Of a DNA stretch of 43,820 nt, positions 1 to 8,969 are shown in pieces. The notes below the pieces were generated by a model. It was not told where the DNA came from. It ran no database searches and saw only the letters and a program-made list of their open reading frames with translations. Source of the DNA: an uncultured bacterium (GTDB lineage: Bacteria > Patescibacteriota > Minisyncoccia > Phycocordibacterales > PALSA-1337); contig CAIUUK010000038.1 in the NCBI GenBank assembly GCA_903902315.1, positions 1 through 43,820 on the forward strand, in the 5' to 3' direction. The position numbers were made by a program, and so were the translations under genes. Each line of letters opens with the position of its first letter. The stretch's first letter is position 1.

Positions 1-159
1 ATGGCTATCACAAGTGATGGAAGTAGTGACAAATACAGGATTATGAAGATGATTCCTCTCCTCGTAGATCTGTCGAAAATATCAAAAAAGGCGCTGGATG
101 ATGAGTACGATGCCATAGCCGTGGCACTTACCCACTCGGCGAACACCCGTTTAAAGTAA
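1..159 (+). CDS. ruvC: Holliday-junction resolvase RuvC, C-terminal fragment (5' end lies outside the window)
   Basis: Frame 1 is open from base 1 to TAA at 157-159. The tail ...LDDEYDAIAVALTHSANTRLK resembles the conserved RuvC C-terminal D-A-x-A-x-A-x-x-H motif. Confidence 0.5.
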   Translation: MAITSDGSSDKYRIMKMIPLLVDLSKISKKALDDEYDAIAVALTHSANTRLK

Positions 160-258
160 AACTTGAGGCAGAAATAATAGTTTTCCACAGCCCTATCTTA
201 TTGCAAAAATAAGTCCATTTTGTTACAAATGAGAACACTTATAATTCACAGTAATATT

Positions 259-612
259 ATGGCAAGCAAAAAAGAAAAAAAATCAAAACAAATACCTAAA
301 GCGAGTGTAAAAAAAGACGCCCAAAAAACTCCTGTAAAATCTGCAAAAAAGATTGTTTCAAAACCTGTCTCAAAACCCGTTGTTGCAGAAATAGAAGAGC
401 ATGATGAGGAGGAAATGATCGCTATAGAAGGTAAAGGAAAAACCAAAAAACCTTTGGAGATAGACGCTGCGGACATACTCCCAGAAGTTGAAGAAAAAGC
501 TGTAATTGACGAAGAAAATCCCCTTCTTTCTGCTGAGGATGAGGAATCTGAAGATGCTCCGAGCCTTGATGATGAAGATCTAAACCCTTTTGGAGATAAA
601 TGGGAACAGTAG
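259..612 (+). CDS. Hypothetical Lys-rich/acidic low-complexity protein
   Basis: ORF 220-612; ATG at 259 gives MASKKEKKSKQ.... It has a basic N-terminal half and an acidic C-terminal half, with no recognisable family. The start is uncertain (TTG 220, ATG 229, ATG 259). Confidence 0.45.
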   Translation: MASKKEKKSKQIPKASVKKDAQKTPVKSAKKIVSKPVSKPVVAEIEEHDEEEMIAIEGKGKTKKPLEIDAADILPEVEEKAVIDEENPLLSAEDEESEDAPSLDDEDLNPFGDKWEQ

Positions 613-3205
613 AAGCTTCCATGAACCCTCGCTTGACGCTATACTTAGCATCATCGTGACACATCGCCATAAAGTAAAAGGAAAATACAACAAACACATC
701 CGTCGTATAAAAACGGTTATTATTCTTGGTTTTTCTATACTATTAATTTTAATTGGTTTGAGCGCTCTGTGGATGTCTAGCTTGAAAATGCCAGATCTCA
801 ATTCCTTTGAAACCAGGCAAGTTGATGAGTCAACAAAAATCTACGATCGCACAGGAACGGTTCTACTCTACGATACTGGTGGAAATTCAAAGAGAACAGT
901 CGTTCCGCTCTCAAATATATCTTCATATATTCAAAAAGGTACCATTGCCATTGAGGATTCAAATTTTTATAACAACATAGGAATAGAACCAACTTCTATT
1001 ATTCGAGCGGCATTGGCAAACCTTGCCACAGGTAGTTTTGGCCAAGGAGCATCAACTATCACTCAACAAGTTGTAAAAAATGCTTTACTCACACAAGACA
1101 AAACAATTTCTCGAAAACTTGAGGAGTGGATCCTTTCAATTAAACTAACCAAAATACTGTCAAAAGATCAAATTTTAGAAGCTTATCTAAATGAGACACC
1201 ATATGGTGGTACAGTGTATGGTGTTGAGGAAGCAGCTCAAACATTCTTTGGTAAACAAGCAAAAGATGTAACTCTAGCGGAAGCAGCTTATATTTCAGCT
1301 ATTCCTCAGGCTCCAACCTACTTTTCACCATACGGAACACATCGTTCTGATTTGGACGCTCGTCAAAAGCTCGTCCTGAATCGAATGAAAGATCTTGGAA
1401 TGATTACTGTTAACGAATACAATTCCGCACTAAAAGAAAAAGTTGTTTTCTTGGCCAAAAACTCTCAAAGCATCCGTGCTCCCCATTTTGTAATGTTCGT
1501 TCTTGATTATTTAACCCAGAAATATGGCGATGACGCAGTTACCGTTGGTGGTTTGAAAGTTACAACAACCCTTGATTTCGATATGCAACAAAAGGCTGAA
1601 GATGTTATAAACCACTTCGGTCCAACCCTACAATCAAACTTCAATGCAAGTAACACTTCTATGGTTGCTATAGATCCAAAAACTGGAGATATTTTGACTA
1701 TGGTCGGTTCAAGAGATTATTTTGATAACTCTATAGATGGCAATTTCAATATAGCCTTGGCACAGCGCCAGCCAGGATCAACATTCAAACCATTCGTTTA
1801 TGCAACATTGTTTGAAAAAGGATATACACCAGACACTGTTCTCTATGATGTACCAATGGAATTTTCCTCAGAATGTACTCCTGATAATAAACCGAAAGAT
1901 CCGGGAGTAGCTTCTACTACAGACTGCTATTCCCCTGTTGAATACGACAATGTTTATCCTGGACCAACAACCATTCGTGACGCTCTTCCTCATTCTCGAA
2001 ATATACCAGCTATTCAAGCTCTTTATCTAGCTGGTATACCAGCTTCTATTAAAACAGCGACTGATATGGGTATAACCAGCCTAACCACGCCAGATAGATA
2101 TGGCCTGACTCTAGTTCTAGGTGGTGGCGAGGTTAGTCTACTTGAATTAACTAGTGCTTATGGAGTTTTTGCAAACGACGGAGTTAGAAATCCATATCGT
2201 TCAATCCTAGAAGTTGATGACAATAAAGGAAATGTTCTAGAAAAAGGCACAACAAACCCTAGTCAGGTTCTTTCACCTAATATTGCGGAAGAAATAAACC
2301 AGATTTTGTCTGATAATAATCACCGAATGGAAAGTATCAAACCTATAGCTGACAGTGTTGGTCGTGAGGTCGCCATAAAAACTGGTACAACAAACAACTA
2401 TAAAGATGTGTGGACTCTGGGTTACACACCGGATCTAGTAGTTGGAGCGTGGGCTGGTAATAACGACAACCACCCCATGAATGATGCCATATCTGCACTT
2501 ATCATCACGCCTGTTTGGGGGGCTTTCATGTCTCAAGTAGCAAAGGATTTTCCTCCAGAAGATTTCAAAACCCCTCCACCAGTACCAACTGAGATAAAAC
2601 CTGTTCTCCGTGGAGTTTGGCAAGGTGGCGTATCATATTTCATTGATACAGTTTCTGGTAAAGTTGCTACACAATACACTCCTGCAGAAACAAAGAAGGA
2701 AGTGGTCTTTCCAAACATACACTCAATATTACAATGGGTTGATAAAAGTGATCCTCTTGGACCAATTCCGACTCATCCTGAACAAGATTCACAATTTACA
2801 AACTGGGAATACTCAGTTCGTAAATGGTTTACTGAAACCTATCAAAAACAAAACCCGAGTTTCAAAGAAGTTACTGATTTTACTGTTCCAACAGTAGTAG
2901 ATGATGTTCACATACCTCAAAACATGCCGCAAGTATCTGTCTCTGCGCCTGCACAAGATTCTGTTATAGATCCAAGTAAACTTTTGACAATCAATCTAAA
3001 AGAAACTGGTAGATATCCAATCCTAAAATCAGAACTGTATCTGAATGGAAAATATATCTTCACCAACACAACAAACCCCCTCAATCTTTCCTTTGTTCCA
3101 AACGATGTGGGTGGTCTAACATCACTTAACACTATTTCTATCAATATATACGACACTATTTACGATCAAGCCACTACTTCCCTAGATTTTTCGACTAATC
3201 AATAG
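590..3205 (+). CDS. Class A penicillin-binding protein (bifunctional glycosyltransferase/transpeptidase, PBP1A-like)
   Basis: An N-terminal TM helix is followed by GT51 motifs (IAIEDSNFY, GASTITQQVVKN, RKLEEWILSIKL). Transpeptidase motifs are STFK, SRN and KTGTT. The start is uncertain: TTG at 590 overlaps the previous ORF, and an in-frame GTG lies at 656. Confidence 0.9.
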   Translation: MEINGNSRSFHEPSLDAILSIIVTHRHKVKGKYNKHIRRIKTVIILGFSILLILIGLSALWMSSLKMPDLNSFETRQVDESTKIYDRTGTVLLYDTGGNSKRTVVPLSNISSYIQKGTIAIEDSNFYNNIGIEPTSIIRAALANLATGSFGQGASTITQQVVKNALLTQDKTISRKLEEWILSIKLTKILSKDQILEAYLNETPYGGTVYGVEEAAQTFFGKQAKDVTLAEAAYISAIPQAPTYFSPYGTHRSDLDARQKLVLNRMKDLGMITVNEYNSALKEKVVFLAKNSQSIRAPHFVMFVLDYLTQKYGDDAVTVGGLKVTTTLDFDMQQKAEDVINHFGPTLQSNFNASNTSMVAIDPKTGDILTMVGSRDYFDNSIDGNFNIALAQRQPGSTFKPFVYATLFEKGYTPDTVLYDVPMEFSSECTPDNKPKDPGVASTTDCYSPVEYDNVYPGPTTIRDALPHSRNIPAIQALYLAGIPASIKTATDMGITSLTTPDRYGLTLVLGGGEVSLLELTSAYGVFANDGVRNPYRSILEVDDNKGNVLEKGTTNPSQVLSPNIAEEINQILSDNNHRMESIKPIADSVGREVAIKTGTTNNYKDVWTLGYTPDLVVGAWAGNNDNHPMNDAISALIITPVWGAFMSQVAKDFPPEDFKTPPPVPTEIKPVLRGVWQGGVSYFIDTVSGKVATQYTPAETKKEVVFPNIHSILQWVDKSDPLGPIPTHPEQDSQFTNWEYSVRKWFTETYQKQNPSFKEVTDFTVPTVVDDVHIPQNMPQVSVSAPAQDSVIDPSKLLTINLKETGRYPILKSELYLNGKYIFTNTTNPLNLSFVPNDVGGLTSLNTISINIYDTIYDQATTSLDFSTNQ

Positions 3206-3222
3206 AGATTATCAACGAAAAA

Positions 3223-3465
3223 CTACCTTATATCCTTAAAATCTTTTAAATGATTGAGTATTTTTTGCTTATTAACAAATATACTTGAGCGGGCACTGTG
3301 AGATATCCCTTTTAATGTCACTACACCTGATTTAAACGTAATCGACCCGATTGGTACTTCAATATCCACAAATTCTTTGATAACGGACTGTATAGAGCCT
3401 CTTAAGGCTATTTCCTTAGCCTGTACTCCACCAATACGTTTAAAGAATTCGCTTATGTTTTTCAT
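3223..3465 (-). CDS. DUF721/DciA-like small protein
   Basis: 80-aa ORF immediately downstream of dnaN. The segment ITFKSGVVTLKGISHSARSSIFVNKQKILNHL resembles the DUF721 core, and the dnaA-dnaN-DUF721 synteny is common. Confidence 0.5.
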   Translation of the reverse strand: MKNISEFFKRIGGVQAKEIALRGSIQSVIKEFVDIEVPIGSITFKSGVVTLKGISHSARSSIFVNKQKILNHLKDFKDIR

Positions 3466-3497
3466 TATTTTTTACACTCGGTATTGCACTATCAAGT

Positions 3498-4604
3498 CTA
3501 TCGGTTCATTGGCATAACTAAGTACATAAAAGTACCATCACCAGAAGCTGGCCTTATAACCATGGGTTTATTCATACCTCCAAGTTGGAACGAGACACTA
3601 TCGGCATCAATAGACTGAAAACAGTCCGCTATATATTTACCATTGAAGTTAATTTCTATTCTTTCCCCTGTCAAAGCAGAGTCGACTTTTGTTGCATTCT
3701 CACCGATATCAGCATTTTTTGTTTGAATTTCAAAATATCCTTCTTTTGGATCAACTATGAATTTAACTTGATTAAATTTATCGGTAAAAACGTTTGAAAC
3801 TTTAAGTGCATTGATGACGTCTTGTTTAAGAGTGATAGCCTCTGTTGCATACCCCTTTGGTACAATCTGTTTGTAATCAGGAAAAGTTCCGTCAATGATT
3901 CGTGAAGCTAGATATACATCCTGTCCCTCAAAAGAAATAAGGTTTTTGTTTGAACTCATATCTATATCTCCCCCAATATCTTCAAGGACGCGAATGATGT
4001 CACTGATATTTTTGAGTGGAATAAGTATGTCATCAAAAGCTACTGAATGATCTACTTTTACTTTTTTTTCTGCCAAACGGAATGAGTCTGTAGCTGCAAA
4101 TACTACATAATCTCCGTTCTTATACATGTAAACGCTTGAGAGTTCTGGTTTTACACTTGAAATAGAGGCACTATACCAGACAGATTTAAGGCCTTTTATC
4201 AACGCTTCTGATGAAATAGTTGTTTTTTGTCCTTCAGTAACTCGTGGAATGGTTGGAAAGTCTTCTGCTGGAACGGTTTTGATGATAACCTTTGATCTAG
4301 CTGATGATAGATGTAGATTTCCTGAGACTAATTCCATTTTTACTATTCCATCCTGATCATTTAACTGAGAAACGAAGGCTGATATTGTTTGTGCTGGTAC
4401 CGCTATTACACCCTCTGTGTCAGATTTAGCAGGAATCATAACTTCAACACCAACATCAAGGTTCGTCGCTTTTATATTCAAATTATTCTTTCCAACTTCA
4501 AACAAGAGACACGATAACACAGGAAGTGTCATGTTTTTCTTAGCTATCTTTTCAGATAAACTAATCATTTTTTTGAACTGTGATAAGTGTACTTCGATTT
4601 TCAT
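3498..4604 (-). CDS. dnaN: DNA polymerase III beta sliding clamp
   Basis: 368 aa, typical clamp length. The N-terminus (MKIEVHLSQFKKMISLSEKIAKKNMTLPVLSCLLFEV) and the C-terminal PMVIRP...YLVMPM motif fit, as does the position downstream of dnaA. Confidence 0.95.
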   Translation of the reverse strand: MKIEVHLSQFKKMISLSEKIAKKNMTLPVLSCLLFEVGKNNLNIKATNLDVGVEVMIPAKSDTEGVIAVPAQTISAFVSQLNDQDGIVKMELVSGNLHLSSARSKVIIKTVPAEDFPTIPRVTEGQKTTISSEALIKGLKSVWYSASISSVKPELSSVYMYKNGDYVVFAATDSFRLAEKKVKVDHSVAFDDILIPLKNISDIIRVLEDIGGDIDMSSNKNLISFEGQDVYLASRIIDGTFPDYKQIVPKGYATEAITLKQDVINALKVSNVFTDKFNQVKFIVDPKEGYFEIQTKNADIGENATKVDSALTGERIEINFNGKYIADCFQSIDADSVSFQLGGMNKPMVIRPASGDGTFMYLVMPMNR

Positions 4605-4863
4605 GTGAGTTTTTTATTTATATAGTTATCCTTTTTATTTAAAATAATTTGTCGCTAATAGTCTTGTGGATATGGGGAGAAGTTAATTAATGTTGTGATT
4701 AAGCCTTCTTTTATAGTTTAAGTTTTTTCTTCCTGTTAGTAACTTTGTATTTCTTTTAACCTTTAAAACTTAATCTTCAGAATTTCTTAACTTTCCCACA
4801 AGCTCTTCCCTCTTTATCCTACACTTATCTACAGACTTATAAACACTTTTTAAGTTTTTATAT
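4605..4863. promoter_or_regulatory. Candidate oriC (dnaA-dnaN intergenic region with AT-rich tract and DnaA-box-like 9-mers)
   Basis: 259-bp ORF-free spacer with a very AT-rich tract at about 4610-4655. DnaA-box-like sites versus TTATCCACA: TGTGGATAT 4665-4673 (8/9, reverse), TTTCCCACA 4792-4800 (7/9), TTATCTACA 4825-4833 (8/9). Confidence 0.5.
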
Positions 4864-6213
4864 TTATAACATCGTTCGGAGCTGACTGATTTCCTGAGCC
4901 AATAATGTGTTTGTTTTAATATCCTCTTTTATCTTTTCATAAGAGTGAATAACTGTAGTATGGTCTCGACCACCCATTTTCTCTCCAATTGAAGGAAAAG
5001 ATATATTAAAATCCTCTCTCAAAATATACATAGCAACCTGTCTTGGTTTAACAACCTCTTTTCTACGAGTTTTGTTATATATACTATCTTCATCAATTGT
5101 GTAAAAGTCAGAAACGATCTTCACAACCTCTTTTACGGATATGTTTTTCTTTGGTTTAGCACTATTTTTAAGAAGATATTTAATTTCATTGAGGTTTAGG
5201 TCACGGTTTTTGAGTTGAACCTGACAAGCTATAACATTCACAATACCCTCAATTTCCCTTATATTATCCTCTATTTCTGATGAAAGAAACTCCACAATTT
5301 CATCAGTTAGACTGATGTTGTGCATACGAGACTTTGATCTGACTATTGCAGTGCGCGATTCGTGGTCAGGCTCTGGTATATCCACAGTCATACCCATGTT
5401 AAATCTGCCACGTATACGGTCCTCTAGGCCAGGGATGACGTTTGGATGGCGATCTGAGGAGAAGATGAGTTGACGACCTGTGTCATGGAAGGTATTGAAG
5501 AGATGAAAGAGTTCTTCCTGAAATTTTTCTTTGCCAGAGAAGAATTGGACGTCATCGATAATCATCGTGTCATACTTGCGATACTTTTCCTTGAATTGCT
5601 GAGTCTTATTCTCTTGAAATGAATTTAATAAATCAGAACCGAACTTTTCTGAGGTTAAGTAAAAGACTTTTTTATTTGGATGTTGGCGTTTTATCTCATT
5701 TCCTATTGCTTGGATAAGGTGAGTTTTTCCACGACCAGGCGATCCATAGATGAAAAACGGGTTATATGTTTGTCCAGGATTTTTTATTACGGTTTGAGAA
5801 GCGGCATGAGCGAGTTCATTGAATGGTCCAATGATGAAGTTCTCAAATGTATAACGAGGATTGAGATTATCTTCTTTGTTTATATAGAAATCCTGCAGCG
5901 GCATGGCTATAGTTGGCGATGAAATCGTTTTTTTACTACTACCCTCTTTACGTTCGCCATCTTTGATGATGACATACTCCAAAGCACGAACATTTCCGTT
6001 AATTTGGCGCAATATCTTCAAAATTGAGTTGTGACATTTCTTTGCAAGCCATTCCTTTGTAAATTCGTTTGGTACGCCTAAATGAATAACCCCTTCACTT
6101 TCACGAATTATTTTGGTTGTTGAAAGCCATGTCGAGTAATTAGCAGGAGAAACCATACCTTTAATCTCTATAAGTGCAGTCTGCCAAATTTGTGAGAAGT
6201 CGTTCATAGGCAT
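4864..6213 (-). CDS. dnaA: Chromosomal replication initiator DnaA
   Basis: 449 aa with Walker [11 protein letters not shown] and Walker B IIDDVQFF. The C-terminal DNA-binding domain reads [11 protein letters not shown]...[15 protein letters not shown]. Confidence 0.97.
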   Translation of the reverse strand: MPMNDFSQIWQTALIEIKGMVSPANYSTWLSTTKIIRESEGVIHLGVPNEFTKEWLAKKCHNSILKILRQINGNVRALEYVIIKDGERKEGSSKKTISSPTIAMPLQDFYINKEDNLNPRYTFENFIIGPFNELAHAASQTVIKNPGQTYNPFFIYGSPGRGKTHLIQAIGNEIKRQHPNKKVFYLTSEKFGSDLLNSFQENKTQQFKEKYRKYDTMIIDDVQFFSGKEKFQEELFHLFNTFHDTGRQLIFSSDRHPNVIPGLEDRIRGRFNMGMTVDIPEPDHESRTAIVRSKSRMHNISLTDEIVEFLSSEIEDNIREIEGIVNVIACQVQLKNRDLNLNEIKYLLKNSAKPKKNISVKEVVKIVSDFYTIDEDSIYNKTRRKEVVKPRQVAMYILREDFNISFPSIGEKMGGRDHTTVIHSYEKIKEDIKTNTLLAQEISQLRTML

Positions 6214-6328
6214 AAGTATATACTTGTTTATAATTCTGCAAACTTGTGGAGAGTCAAAAAAACTGTTGATATGTTGTGGACAAGAATTTCACTTTACTTT
6301 TTTCTGTTTATCATCTATAGTAGTGCGT
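6214..6328. promoter_or_regulatory. Divergent dnaA / rpmH control region with DnaA-box-like sites
   Basis: TGTGGAGAG 6245-6253 (7/9) and TGTGGACAA 6275-6283 (8/9) lie between the divergent dnaA and rpmH starts. Confidence 0.4.
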
Positions 6329-6475
6329 ATGTCATTTACGTATCAACCAAACAAACGCAAGCGTGCAAAGACCCACGGTTTTCGCATTCGTATGAAAACT
6401 CCTACTGGACGCAAAGTTCTTGCAAAACGTCGTGCGAAAGGACGAGCAAAACTCACTGTAAGCAAAAGTAAGTAA
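6329..6475 (+). CDS. rpmH: 50S ribosomal protein L34
   Basis: ATG at 6329 gives [48 protein letters not shown], a canonical L34. The longer 6224 start is spurious. Confidence 0.95.
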   Translation: MSFTYQPNKRKRAKTHGFRIRMKTPTGRKVLAKRRAKGRAKLTVSKSK

Positions 6476-6477
6476 GT

Positions 6478-6864
6478 TTGTTTAATATTCACATGCTTAA
6501 AAGCATTCATAGGCTCTCCACAAAGCAGTTTATGGAAGTCATGGAAAAAGGAAGGATTTACACCTCTCCCCTTTTTGTTATACGCGTACTTGTAAAAACT
6601 GATTCAAGATTCAAAATTCAAGATTCAAAAAAAACACAAAATGCCGGTATTTCAGCTGTAGCACCAAAGAAGGTTGCTGTAACAGCAGTTTTGCGCAACA
6701 AACTTCGTAGACAAATTTATGAAGCAGCCTCTCCTCTTCAAGCCAGCCTAGTATCAGGTGTATCTGTTATTATCTTCGCAAAAAATGAGACCGTTAAGGC
6801 TAATTTCAAAGATCTTGCTCCAGATTTGAAAAATCTTTTCTCAAAAGCCAAAATTAGTGTATAG
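6478..6864 (+). CDS. rnpA: RNase P protein component
   Basis: It sits immediately after rpmH (classic rpmH-rnpA-yidC order) and contains the basic motif VLRNKLRRQIYEA. The start is TTG 6478 or ATG 6493. Confidence 0.8.
   Translation: MFNIHMLKSIHRLSTKQFMEVMEKGRIYTSPLFVIRVLVKTDSRFKIQDSKKTQNAGISAVAPKKVAVTAVLRNKLRRQIYEAASPLQASLVSGVSVIIFAKNETVKANFKDLAPDLKNLFSKAKISV
6601..6628 (+). repeat. Four tandem heptamers (GATTCAA GATTCAA AATTCAA GATTCAA) inside rnpA
   Basis: Read directly from the sequence. It is followed by an A8 run and encodes the DSRFKIQDSKK insertion. Confidence 0.9.
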
Positions 6865-6874
6865 TTAGCCTACT

Positions 6875-7624
6875 ATGTATCATGAATTTATCTTTGTACC
6901 ACTCTATAATGGTTTGGTAGGGTTAATGGATCTGCTTCCTTGGATCGATGTTGGTATTGCTGTCATACTTTTTACTATAATTGTTCGTTTAATCATATTT
7001 CCTCTCTCAAAGAACGCTCTTCTTACTCAGGTTCGCATGAAAGAAGTTGAACCAGAAGCTAATAAAATTAAAGCTGAATATGCAAAAGATCGTAAAACAC
7101 AAGGTCTAAAGATTATGGAATTGTATAGATCTAAAAATATAAAGCCATTTTCTGGAGTTTTACTTATAATTGTTCAGTTGCCGATACTTTTGGCTCTTAT
7201 TTCCGTATTTTATAAAATTATTCCATCAATTGACCCGACTTTGCTCTATAGTTTTGTTCATGTTCCAGACCCAAAGCCGTTTTTGCTCGGTTTGGATTTA
7301 ACTAAGCCAAATTTAATCCTTTCAGCCATCACGGCTATCATTCAGTTCTTTCAGATGCACTATTCTCTGGCTTCAAGACAACACAGAGCAATGGTTGCTC
7401 AGAATGGAGGAAAGGTTGGGGCTGATTTCTCTTCAAATATGGCCAATACCATGAATACACAGATGAAGTTCATGTTGCCACTCATCGCTTTTGCTTCAAC
7501 ATATTGGCTCATTCCAGCCAGATTCCCCCAGGCGGCATCCATTATCGCTATCTATTGGTCAGTTAGTTCTCTATTTACTCTCGGTCAAGAGCTCTACATT
7601 CGCAAAAAACATATTGAAAAATAG
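6875..7624 (+). CDS. yidC: Membrane protein insertase YidC (short, Gram-positive/Oxa1-like form)
   Basis: 249 aa and polytopic. It contains ILFTIIVRLIIFPLSKNALLTQVRMKEVEPE...ELYRSKNIKPFSG, typical of the YidC/Oxa1 core. Synteny after rnpA also fits. Confidence 0.85.
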   Translation: MYHEFIFVPLYNGLVGLMDLLPWIDVGIAVILFTIIVRLIIFPLSKNALLTQVRMKEVEPEANKIKAEYAKDRKTQGLKIMELYRSKNIKPFSGVLLIIVQLPILLALISVFYKIIPSIDPTLLYSFVHVPDPKPFLLGLDLTKPNLILSAITAIIQFFQMHYSLASRQHRAMVAQNGGKVGADFSSNMANTMNTQMKFMLPLIAFASTYWLIPARFPQAASIIAIYWSVSSLFTLGQELYIRKKHIEK

Positions 7625-7643
7625 TAATCAGTAAATAGATATC

Positions 7644-7687
7644 AGTAAATAGAAAATCGCAAGATGTCTTGCGATTTTCTATTTACT
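7644..7687. terminator. Bidirectional intrinsic terminator (perfect 20-bp stem, 4-nt loop) between convergent yidC and the last gene of the T4SS-like operon
   Basis: AGTAAATAGAAAATCGCAAG (7644-7663), loop ATGT, CTTGCGATTTTCTATTTACT (7668-7687) form an exact reverse complement. A/T-rich flanks are present on both strands. The left arm is part of a 14-bp tandem duplication (7627-7640 / 7641-7654). Confidence 0.7.
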
Positions 7688-8942
7688 ATTTACCTTGTGC
7701 CGTTACTAGATCGAGTGACCAGAATGATAGGTCGTTTTTATTCATAAAGAATAGATAGTTGTCTTTGTTATCTAGACCTAGGTTGAAAGCGTCTATACTG
7801 CGCTTTGCGTCAATAAATACAGAAGATACGAGATGTACCTCACCCGTCTGTGCATTGACCTGCCAAATCTTGTCTATCGTTGATAGTGTACCCTTATACC
7901 AATCATCAGGATATGTTCCAGAAACAGGCTGGAATGGAACCGCACAGTAAACCATTTCTTTATAGAAATTACCCCAGACACATTTATCAGCGAGTGTGCG
8001 AATGATGGCATCGTTCGAAGTTGATGAGGCCACAGAATAAATGCCTGTTAATACACCATCAGCTTTATCTGAAGCTGAAACAAGAACATATTTTGCATCA
8101 TGACTTACACGAGTAGATAAACCAGCAATAGGACCAAGTACTTTCTTCCATGTACCCGTTTTTGGATTAATAAAATATAGGTAGCCACTAGCGTCTGCAG
8201 ATCCGGCTGTTGTAATGGCAATGGTATTATCCTCTGGCCACTCAACATTTACTTGAGTTACTGGAGTTGTGAAGATTTGTGTAGCAGTTCCACCACTAAA
8301 TGGAGCGGTATAACCTATACCCTGTCCGTTTTGGACTACATAGAGGAAGATCCTATCTTTTTTAGGTGATGACGCATAAGCAACGATTCCGTCTGGAAGG
8401 TTTTTACCTTGAAGATTGTATGGCGCACTCGATGAGGTTGATGTTGATTGAGCTGAAAGAGAAGCGAATAGAGTTGTCACTGTCTGATCATCATCACCAA
8501 GTATTGAACCCATGAAACTAGTCAAGTCTTTATTCCAAGTGCTTTCATAAGTGCGAGGCAAAAGTGTATTAGAAAGGGTTGTGATGTTTATAGAATCTTC
8601 TCTCGCTTCCAAGATATTTCCACGACCTCTATCGATCCATCTCACAAATGTCGTACTAGCAGTAGTTGAAGCTCCGTAGCCACCTATAGGTGTTGATGAT
8701 AGTAAGCGTAATGATGGAATAGTAACTTCGGTTGGCACGTTGTTACCAGGAGTGTTGTTTGTACTAGTTCCCTGTTGGTTAGTTCCTGTTTGTCCAAATG
8801 GATTAAATCCAGTCGAGGGATTGTTTGTTGAACTGCCATTATTTGTCGTTGAATGCATAAATAAGAACCAGAAAACAAAACCCGCAATGAGGATTATTAT
8901 GATTATGACTGCAATTATAATGTTGGATGTTTTGTGTTGCAT
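7686..8942 (-). CDS. Membrane-anchored extracytoplasmic protein, possibly beta-propeller-like; last gene of the T4SS-like operon
   Basis: 418 aa with an N-terminal TM helix (IIIAVIIIIILIAGFVFWFLF) and a T/N/S/G-rich linker. The remainder is a beta-rich domain with repeated hydrophobic-G-x patterns. No family was recognised. Confidence 0.6.
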   Translation of the reverse strand: MQHKTSNIIIAVIIIIILIAGFVFWFLFMHSTTNNGSSTNNPSTGFNPFGQTGTNQQGTSTNNTPGNNVPTEVTIPSLRLLSSTPIGGYGASTTASTTFVRWIDRGRGNILEAREDSINITTLSNTLLPRTYESTWNKDLTSFMGSILGDDDQTVTTLFASLSAQSTSTSSSAPYNLQGKNLPDGIVAYASSPKKDRIFLYVVQNGQGIGYTAPFSGGTATQIFTTPVTQVNVEWPEDNTIAITTAGSADASGYLYFINPKTGTWKKVLGPIAGLSTRVSHDAKYVLVSASDKADGVLTGIYSVASSTSNDAIIRTLADKCVWGNFYKEMVYCAVPFQPVSGTYPDDWYKGTLSTIDKIWQVNAQTGEVHLVSSVFIDAKRSIDAFNLGLDNKDNYLFFMNKNDLSFWSLDLVTAQGK

Positions 8943-8969
8943 GGGGATTTTATTGGCAGTATAAGCTAA

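Noticed and set aside
6224-6475. 83-aa and 75-aa overlapping ORFs upstream of and over rpmH
   Set aside because: Only the last 48 codons of the 6224 frame (from ATG 6329) match ribosomal protein L34. The remainder and the alternate frame are hydrophobic, Cys-rich nonsense lying in the dnaA/rpmH control region.
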